From: Candidatus Baldrarchaeum yapensis
GTDB taxonomy: Archaea; Asgardarchaeota; Baldrarchaeia; Baldrarchaeales; Baldrarchaeaceae
Reading direction: 5' to 3'
Assembly (NCBI GenBank): GCA_016840465.1
Contig: JAEOSH010000061.1
Location: forward strand, 1-11,941
DNA: 11,941 bases
Below, piece after piece: positions 1 to 6,698 of the stretch. The position numbers and the translations under genes are program-made. The notes below the pieces were generated by a model that saw nothing but the letters and a program-made list of their open reading frames with translations, was not told the DNA's origin and searched no databases. Position 1 is the stretch's first letter, and every line of letters starts with the position of its first letter.

Positions 1-66
1 CATTTAATCTGCTAATGAAGGTTTTAGTTAAACGAATTAAAGGAGGTTAGTGTAGGAGGCGGTTTC

Positions 67-1029
67 ATGTTTAAGCTAATAGATCTGTTCTGCGGTGCGG
101 GAGGATTTTCAAGGGGGTTCAAAGAAGTGGGGTTCAAAATAATCGGCGCAGTCGACAACTTCTGGCCGGTTGCGGAAACCTATAGTACGAACTTTCCGGA
201 GGCGGTAGTGATAGTTGAGGACATAAAGGAGTTGACGTACAAGGACATACTCGACCAGGTGGGGGATGAGCCGGATGTGGTGATAGCGTCTCCGCCGTGT
301 GAGCCCTTTACTGCCGCAAATATAGGGAGGAGGGAAAACCCGCTGGAGAGACTATATGATGATCCCATTGGAAGGCTCACGTTGCATGGCATCCGCATGA
401 TCGCGGATCTCCAGCCGAAGGTTTTTGTCCTCGAAAACGTCCCGCAACTCATAGAGGGGCCTCTTAGGGACGCGATAAGGAAGGAGTTTGCGCGCGTAGG
501 GTTCAAGGAGATATACTTCAACATTCTGCGGGCGGAGGATTACGGAAACCCCTCTAGGAGGACCCGCCTCTTCATATCCAACATAAAAATAAAGCCGAAG
601 CCTGTCAAGAAGAGAAAGACGGTAATAGAGGCGATAGGGGATCTCCCCGACCCGAGAGAGCCCCACGACATTCCGAATCACCAATGGTGCCCCATTCCCC
701 GGAGAAAGCGGAAGAAGATACCGTATCTGAGTTGGGGCGAGCCCCTTGTGAGGTACATGGGCGCCAAGGGAAAGGTGTTGACAAACTGGGTGCGCCTACA
801 CCCGTATAAACTCGCACCCACCATTCTGGGGAACTCGAGATTCATACACCCCTTCGATGACAGGTTGCTGACTGTCAGGGAGCACGCACGTTTGATGTCT
901 TTCCCCGACGACCATGTGTTTTGTGGTGGGAGGGAGGTCCAGTACGACCAAGTGGGCGAGGCGGTGCCGGTGGTACTGGCGAAGGCGATAGCGGAGGAGG
1001 TTATGAGGTATCTCAAGGAGCATAGCTAG
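67..1029 (+). CDS. DNA (cytosine-5)-methyltransferase, 320 aa
   Basis: Motifs in canonical order: I LFCGAGG, IV SPPCEPF (catalytic PC), VI ENV, VIII RRTR, IX RLLTVREHARLMSFPD, X QVGEAVP. SD-like AGGAGG at 54-59. Confidence 0.95.
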   Translation: MFKLIDLFCGAGGFSRGFKEVGFKIIGAVDNFWPVAETYSTNFPEAVVIVEDIKELTYKDILDQVGDEPDVVIASPPCEPFTAANIGRRENPLERLYDDPIGRLTLHGIRMIADLQPKVFVLENVPQLIEGPLRDAIRKEFARVGFKEIYFNILRAEDYGNPSRRTRLFISNIKIKPKPVKKRKTVIEAIGDLPDPREPHDIPNHQWCPIPRRKRKKIPYLSWGEPLVRYMGAKGKVLTNWVRLHPYKLAPTILGNSRFIHPFDDRLLTVREHARLMSFPDDHVFCGGREVQYDQVGEAVPVVLAKAIAEEVMRYLKEHS

Positions 1030-1051
1030 CTTTTGTCGGTAGTTGGGGATT

Positions 1052-1065
1052 GCAGGAATATATAA
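1052..1065 (+). promoter_or_regulatory. Candidate archaeal BRE/TATA promoter of the MNT-HEPN gene
   Basis: GCAGG followed by AATATATAA (1057-1065), about 35 nt upstream of ATG 1099. GTGAGG SD-like at 1089-1094. Confidence 0.5.
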
Positions 1066-1098
1066 GGCGGGTCCGCGGAGAGAATCATGTGAGGCCGA

Positions 1099-2166
1099 AT
1101 GGAGGAATCCGCGGTCTTTAGAAAAAGCGCATCTGAATGTTATAAGCAGGAGATCGTCAGGACATTATTTTCGGTGATCAAGAAGGTGGGCTTTGAACTC
1201 TTCAAGGAGAGAAACATACGTTCGATAGTGGTGTTTGGATCTTTTGCAAATCCCATGGAGTTCGTTCCCGGAATAAGTGACATCGACGTTATTTATATCC
1301 TAGGAAGGAAAATCTACGTTGACTTCAGGGATCGCATTGACCTTGCGATATTAATGGACAGGGAGATAGATAAAGTGGGGTTGCCTAGGATTCTGCGAGT
1401 GGAGCCCGATTTCAGATATTACGATGAGACGAGAAGCCTTTACTTGAGGGGATATCCGCTCGGGGTAATGACGGTTAGAAGCCCGTTAAGGATCTATGAT
1501 GACGGATTTCTGAAGAGATTGGAAAGAAAATCCTACACCGTCAGTAAAAATGCGGTAAGATTTCTGATCAGATCTGCCATTGTTGCGCTGGGTATCGCGT
1601 ACAACAAATATTTCGATGGAAACTTTGCACCTGCAATGAATAACGCTTATCATGCGGTCAGGCATGCGTGTAGAGCGTTAATAGGTAAGAATCTGAACGT
1701 GATGCCGATTTCCTATCGCGAAGTCATTGCGGGCCTCAAGAGGCTCAAATTTGAAAAGCTAGCGCAACAGTACTCCAAAACTTTTGGGGAGAGAATGCGT
1801 GCGATGGAAGTTGGTGACAGATCCGAGGACTTCTACAGGGAAAGAGGCTGGATCTTTCCTTTCAACGCGCCGTTAAAATCCGTGCTTTCGGCGCCGGATC
1901 CGGTATTAAAGTACATCCTCGTTGCAGAGGACCTTACAAAGGAAATTCTCAAGTTAACGGGAACATCAAAGGTGATAGGGTTTAAAGATCTCGTAAGGAT
2001 ACTCGGATGCCAGAAGGTATCATACATTTCTGCATCCGCATTTGGTAATACGGTTTTGTGGCACTTGGAGTGTGATGACAGGCTACTTGTTGTTGATGCA
2101 TTCACGGGCGCAATAATGAATCGTGTGCGCCTCAGGAGGCGCTGGGATTCTCGATCTTCCTTATAA
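1099..2166 (+). CDS. Fused pol-beta-superfamily minimal nucleotidyltransferase (MNT) plus HEPN-like domain protein with C-terminal extension, 355 aa
   Basis: IVVFGS (GS at 1237-1242), SDID (DxD at 1279-1287) and third Asp in RIDLAI (1339-1341) form the MNT signature. AYHAVRHACRALI (from 1645) resembles the HEPN helix motif AYYAxFHAAKALL. Confidence 0.75.
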   Translation: MEESAVFRKSASECYKQEIVRTLFSVIKKVGFELFKERNIRSIVVFGSFANPMEFVPGISDIDVIYILGRKIYVDFRDRIDLAILMDREIDKVGLPRILRVEPDFRYYDETRSLYLRGYPLGVMTVRSPLRIYDDGFLKRLERKSYTVSKNAVRFLIRSAIVALGIAYNKYFDGNFAPAMNNAYHAVRHACRALIGKNLNVMPISYREVIAGLKRLKFEKLAQQYSKTFGERMRAMEVGDRSEDFYRERGWIFPFNAPLKSVLSAPDPVLKYILVAEDLTKEILKLTGTSKVIGFKDLVRILGCQKVSYISASAFGNTVLWHLECDDRLLVVDAFTGAIMNRVRLRRRWDSRSSL

Positions 2167-4726
2167 GCATCTCTGTAACGGAGACAACATCATTTCTCGA
2201 AATCACGCTAGCTATTCTCCCGACGCCTCTCAACCTGTGCAGGAGGGCGTCGAACCAGCGGAACAGATCTCCCTCATATATGTGAAGAGAGTATTCCTTC
2301 CTCATGAAACCGCAAATCGCGGAAAGCCGCTTCCTTCCCTCAACTCTGAGATCGATTATCTTCCTGCAGAGGTTTATTATGCCATGCTCACAGAAAGGCC
2401 TCTCCTTACAATCGCAGTTGAAGAATTCCTTTGCCCATTTCGAGAGCACGTCAAGCAGCCATTTTGGAATTTCAATCTCGCCCCTTATGCCCGATACGTC
2501 CATTGCCTCCAAAACCGCATCGGAAAACAGCCTCGATGAAACACGAATGTTGAAGATCCTCTCGATCTCCCTCTGAATTCTCGGAAGTATGTAGACCTGT
2601 GTGAAAGGCTCTAGGGTTATCGCGATTGTCAGAGGATCAACTCCCTTGGAGAGGAGATCAAGGACCCTATCGAGATCGCTCGGCTTGAAGAATGACATCG
2701 CAACTGCACGGCCCAGCGGGGTCACTTCCACCCTACTATCACTCATCACTATTAAGCCTCTTTTTCGCAACTCCTCCAAAACCGCATCGATTTCTTCCAC
2801 CGCCCCCAAGAGCATACCGTAGTATCTGTCGAGTTCCTCCATCGTAACAGATCCCTTAGCTGAAATGTACGCGAGAACCTGATCCGCGCATTCCTCAATT
2901 CCATATTCCACTCTTACCGGCTCCAACTCTCCCGTGAGCAACTTCATCGCAACAGAATCCTCGGTTTCCTCAACCTCCCCACCATACTTTTTCCCCGGCT
3001 CCACCAGCAGTACCACCTTTCCCCTGTCGTGCTTCCCTAATCTTCCGGCCCTTCCTGCCATGTTCTCAAACATGCTCTTCGTTATGAAGTCCCGACCTTG
3101 CGCCAGCGACTCGAAAACTACCGCACTCGCTGGTGCATCAAAACCAGCTCCCAAAGCGTAAGTTGTCACAACGGCCTGAAACGCTCCCCTTTCAAATGCA
3201 AGTTCCACCGCCTTTCTCCTAGGGTACGCTAACCCGGCATGATAAACGGCGGCAAGAACTCCCCTGGACTGTAGCCACCTCGCTATTTCATGCGCACGCC
3301 GCCTGGAATTCGTAAACACTATCGTCTGCCCTCTGAAACCATAAGAACTCTTGACGTTCCATTCGCTCTTTATTATCTCCTCCGTCGCCCTCAACTTGTC
3401 CCGCTCGGATAAGCATATCACAAGGTGCCGCTCGAGGGGCACCGGCCGCTCCTCATACTTTACGAGTTTTAGGTTGAGTTCCTCGGCGAGTTCTTCCGGA
3501 TTTCCCACACTAGCAGAGAGGGCTATTATCTGAGCATTCGGAAAAAGCGTCCTGATACGAGCAATGAGACCGTCCAGTTCCGCGCCCCTATCTCTATCGG
3601 AAAGCGTCTGAATCTCATCTATAACCACAACACCGACTTTCTCAAGATCTCGGTGTTGTCCAGACCTTATCAGGTAATCTATCCCCTCATACGTCCCAAC
3701 AATCACATCCGCACCGCGAACATCCTCATCGGCGACAACGAGTTCCTCGTTCTCGACATCTATCCTGTTCATTCCAACCCTTATTGCAAATTTCAGTCCG
3801 AGTGGAGAATATCGCGCCTTGAACGTCTCGTACTTCTGGTTTGCAAGCGCCACCAGATTGCACAAGTATATCATCTTCATACCGTTCAACGCCTTAACGA
3901 TCCCAGGTAGTTCCCCTATCAGGGTCTTCCCGGTAGAGGTCGCAGAAACTACTAGAAGATTTGCTCCAGATAATAAGCCATTCCTTAGGGCGATCACCTG
4001 AATCGGCATTAGGTCCCGGATGCCGTCTCTCTTCAGCGCATCCTTGACGACCTCGGGAATATCCAACTCATCAATGCTTAACGGAGGTACTTCGATCTTT
4101 TCAGGCTCTATCCTGTCAAATAATGTGAGGTCCGGGTTGGAGTATATGCTTATCCCAGTAATTATGTAGTTCAGCAGTTTTTCGACGCTTCTGACTCTTC
4201 TGAGCATGTGAACGAGCCTGCTAACGATGTCCTCCGAGAGACGCAAACCTCGATACTTCAGTTCCTCTAAGAGTTCCTCCTTCGCGCACTCAAGGCAAAC
4301 GAGTTTATCATATACCTCAAAGGCCTCATTATCGGAAAGTAACGTGATCTTTCCCTCAATACTACAAAACGGACAAACCACAACTTCTAGAATCTTGGAT
4401 TTCCGCACACCAAGTGCCGTCAACATTTCGAAGATCCTTTCCCGAATCTCCTCCTCAATACTTTTAGAAATAAATACTCTCCTGGCGCTCCTAACGATTT
4501 CCACAAAATCCTCAGGAGGCCTGTACTCCACCCTCCCTCCCCGCTCTATTAACAACCTGCGCGGGCGGAACAACTCCTCTCTCTTCAAATAGATTTTCAA
4601 TCTTCCCGAAAACAGAGCCCCCTCTCTCATGATGCGTTTACCATGTAGGAACGCCCTGAACCTGACCTCCATTTTCTTCTCATTGAACTCGTCAATAAGC
4701 ACCGCGAACTCTGCCATCTCGACCAT
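2132..4726 (-). CDS. Archaea-specific Ski2-like SF2 helicase (ASH-Ski2 / COG1202 type, DUF5814-like C-terminus), 864 aa
   Basis: Q motif LMPIQ, Walker A SATSTGKT, Ia LVALANQKY, II DEIQ, III SAS, IV FTNSRR, YHAGL, V TTYALGAGFDAP, VI NMAGRAGR. N-terminal CPFC (4364-4375) and CLEC (4286-4297), C-terminal CDCKERPFCEH (2384-2416), terminal KIENP. Alternative start ATG 4717. Confidence 0.9.
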   Translation of the reverse strand: MVEMAEFAVLIDEFNEKKMEVRFRAFLHGKRIMREGALFSGRLKIYLKREELFRPRRLLIERGGRVEYRPPEDFVEIVRSARRVFISKSIEEEIRERIFEMLTALGVRKSKILEVVVCPFCSIEGKITLLSDNEAFEVYDKLVCLECAKEELLEELKYRGLRLSEDIVSRLVHMLRRVRSVEKLLNYIITGISIYSNPDLTLFDRIEPEKIEVPPLSIDELDIPEVVKDALKRDGIRDLMPIQVIALRNGLLSGANLLVVSATSTGKTLIGELPGIVKALNGMKMIYLCNLVALANQKYETFKARYSPLGLKFAIRVGMNRIDVENEELVVADEDVRGADVIVGTYEGIDYLIRSGQHRDLEKVGVVVIDEIQTLSDRDRGAELDGLIARIRTLFPNAQIIALSASVGNPEELAEELNLKLVKYEERPVPLERHLVICLSERDKLRATEEIIKSEWNVKSSYGFRGQTIVFTNSRRRAHEIARWLQSRGVLAAVYHAGLAYPRRKAVELAFERGAFQAVVTTYALGAGFDAPASAVVFESLAQGRDFITKSMFENMAGRAGRLGKHDRGKVVLLVEPGKKYGGEVEETEDSVAMKLLTGELEPVRVEYGIEECADQVLAYISAKGSVTMEELDRYYGMLLGAVEEIDAVLEELRKRGLIVMSDSRVEVTPLGRAVAMSFFKPSDLDRVLDLLSKGVDPLTIAITLEPFTQVYILPRIQREIERIFNIRVSSRLFSDAVLEAMDVSGIRGEIEIPKWLLDVLSKWAKEFFNCDCKERPFCEHGIINLCRKIIDLRVEGRKRLSAICGFMRKEYSLHIYEGDLFRWFDALLHRLRGVGRIASVISRNDVVSVTEMLIRKIENPSAS

Positions 4727-4746
4727 CTCGGCATGAATATGTTGAG

Positions 4747-4760
4747 GGTCTTATAAGACC
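4747..4760 (-). promoter_or_regulatory. TATA box (TTATAA) of the helicase inside a perfect 14-bp palindrome GGTCTTATAAGACC
   Basis: TTATAA at 4751-4756 lies about 25-30 nt upstream of ATG 4726 and no SD is seen, consistent with a leaderless archaeal transcript. Confidence 0.55.
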
Positions 4761-4859
4761 GATTGTTAGCGTCAGCAACCATCAGGTAAGGATCCTATAA
4801 ACATAATGGCTGGAAAATTCCAAGTATCGACATCTTGCAACCAAAGACCCTCTACTTTA

Positions 4860-5373
4860 TCAATAATTGAGCGAAAGAGTTATCCTTTTAAATAAATCTA
4901 AGAGAATTCTTCTCAGTGCAAGAATTCTCTCTGAACCAACCACCAATAGATCATCAATCATCCTCTCAAAGCCCCTTAGGTTAAAACTTACCCTTTTATG
5001 AAAGCCAACTGGGTCGGTTGGCAAATTATATTTTCTAGAATGAATGTTGGACTCTTTTGCCGCATTCAGAATCCACTCTTCGAGTCTTGGCCTTAATACT
5101 ATTAAATCATTCCTCAGTACGATCATGTAATATATGAATGTCAAAATTCTTGAAATTCCTATCAATGCCATTTTTAGCTTAGAAATATAAGGTGGCTGAA
5201 CGCTAAACGGATCTTCGTCGATAATCCCCCATAAGATTCTCCGATCTCTCCATGATCCTGCGTATTCTCCCCTTTCCGCCCACATGTTGTAGTTTCCTCC
5301 GCGGAATTGCGATAAGCTTCTTAACAAGACACACGTCTGGTTTACATTCCACAAAAACTCTACCCCTACTCAT
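4860..5373 (-). pseudogene. Frameshifted Toprim-like partner of the ABC ATPase (about 170 aa when repaired)
   Basis: ATG at 5373-5371 overlaps the ATPase stop by 8 nt and follows GGAGGAGGAG. It reads MSRGRVFVECKPDVCLVKKLIAIPRRKLQHVGGKGRIRRIMERSENLMG, then an extra G in a G5 run (5226-5230) shifts it out of frame with IIDEDP...LIVLRPRLEEW. Uncorrected, the frame stops at TAG 5205-5203 (56 aa). The tracked 164-aa ORF carries a spurious 43-aa N-terminus. Confidence 0.75.
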
Positions 5374-6361
5374 GCTCCTCCTCCAAAAATTTACTTATAT
5401 CAAAGAAAATGTCTGTCTCCAGACTTAGAACTTCGGATAGGTCTTTTTCGCTAAGTGGTTTAACTTTAGTCTCGTAATCCTTGAAATATGTTATCAAGAC
5501 TTTTACCTGGTCCTTGGGGGTCTTCTCGATTATCGAATGAAGGAAGTAGGGGTCGTGTGTCGAGATGAAGTATTGATTGTTTTCGTCCCTTGCTATCATT
5601 TCGGCGAGGATTTTTGTGTAATAAGGGAAGGCGTGGGCCTCGGGTTCTTCAAATGTAATTATTGAGTTTCGGTTGGACATGACGGCGGTAATGAAGAAAA
5701 TTACCCTTTGCAAAGTTTCTGATGCGAGATGGTACGGATAGGAAATGAAGATATCCTCATACTGCTTTAAAACTTCAATTTTTTGCTCCTGGGGCTTAAG
5801 TACAAGCCTGAGTCCGTATCTTTCCATTATGCTGTTAACGAGCGATCTTATACTTTTCTTTGTCAGCAAGATCATTAACAGGTTATCACCGGAAGGTGGC
5901 ATGAGAAATTCCGAACTTTTCCCAGGAAACTCCATCAAGACCGAAAACCTATAGAATTTAAAGTCCCTGAGCTCAGGTTCTAAGGTGCGAGAAAGACCTC
6001 CAGATATTGTAGCAACAAATAGACGTTTCTCCCCTGCCGTTTCTCTATCTTTGTGAAAATATCCGTGAAACTCTCCGTCCTTGAAAACTATCCTTAAAAC
6101 TCTATTATCCGCTCTTATTATAACCTCGTTCTCGAGATCCTCATCGTAAAAGATGTTGCTGAACCTCTCTATGCGCACGTATTTTCCGAGATCCCCATCA
6201 TGTCCTAGAAATGAGAGAAGTCCTATTGCCTCGAGAATATTAGACTTTCCGGTGTTTGGCTCTCCTATTAGAATATTGACCCTCCGGCACTTGATCTTCA
6301 GGTCTCTGATCGATTTAAAATTCCTTATTTGGAGAGTACCTATCACAGTGACCCCTTCCAT
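5366..6361 (-). CDS. ABC-type / AAA_15-AAA_21-like ATPase, 331 aa
   Basis: IRNFKSI start strand, Walker A GEPNTGKS, degenerate signature LASETLQR, Walker B TFEEPEAH, H-loop ISTHDPY. Alternative start GTG 6346. Confidence 0.9.
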   Translation of the reverse strand: MEGVTVIGTLQIRNFKSIRDLKIKCRRVNILIGEPNTGKSNILEAIGLLSFLGHDGDLGKYVRIERFSNIFYDEDLENEVIIRADNRVLRIVFKDGEFHGYFHKDRETAGEKRLFVATISGGLSRTLEPELRDFKFYRFSVLMEFPGKSSEFLMPPSGDNLLMILLTKKSIRSLVNSIMERYGLRLVLKPQEQKIEVLKQYEDIFISYPYHLASETLQRVIFFITAVMSNRNSIITFEEPEAHAFPYYTKILAEMIARDENNQYFISTHDPYFLHSIIEKTPKDQVKVLITYFKDYETKVKPLSEKDLSEVLSLETDIFFDISKFLEEEHE

Positions 6362-6387
6362 GCGTATCTCTACATTTCCAGATTTGA

Positions 6388-6395
6388 TTTAATAA
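6388..6395 (-). promoter_or_regulatory. Candidate TATA box for the ATPase operon
   Basis: TTATTAAA on the minus strand, 27-34 nt upstream of ATG 6361. Confidence 0.4.
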
Positions 6396-6611
6396 TACTG
6401 CAATCTAACACATTAGTTTCCTCATAAGAATTTATGTGCTTTTGTATGCGATTATATACACATTTCGGGAATTGACAGCCGTTTTTAAGATGTTATACAT
6501 TTTAATGGAGAGATATCTTGTCATCCTGTGAGCATTACTTTCTAAAATGCTAAGAATAGTAAATGACAAATAATATCACTTTGTAACGTCAAACGGGCGA
6601 AAATACCGGTG

Positions 6612-6647
6612 CTTATAAGGGAATACGATTAGAAAATCTTATAGACC
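6612..6647 (+). promoter_or_regulatory. Two candidate TATA boxes for the GH130 gene
   Basis: CTTATAAG (6612-6619) and purine run AGAAAA followed by TCTTATAGACC (6637-6647). SD GGAGGG at 6688-6693. Confidence 0.4.
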
Positions 6648-6698
6648 GCAATACCGCAAGAGCAATTTCAAGGGCGCCCGTCCGCCCGGAGGGATTTC

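Noticed and set aside
3-50. Open frame FNLLMKVLVKRIKGG* at the left edge, possibly the 3' end of an upstream gene
   Set aside because: Only 15 codons with no recognisable motif; cannot be supported from this window.
4727-4859. Intergenic segment with two CTGA boxes on the minus strand, as a possible C/D-box sRNA
   Set aside because: No convincing RUGAUGA C box at a suitable spacing.
4860-5354. Tracked 164-aa ORF starting MWNVNQTC
   Set aside because: The first 43 residues are an out-of-frame artefact. The motif-bearing N-terminus, SD and coupled start are in the adjacent frame from 5373.
2160-6619. Three copies of the palindrome CTTATAAG (2160, 4750, 6612) as a possible repeat or att site
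   Set aside because: Two are explained as TATA boxes and the third is coding sequence plus a stop codon; flanks do not match.
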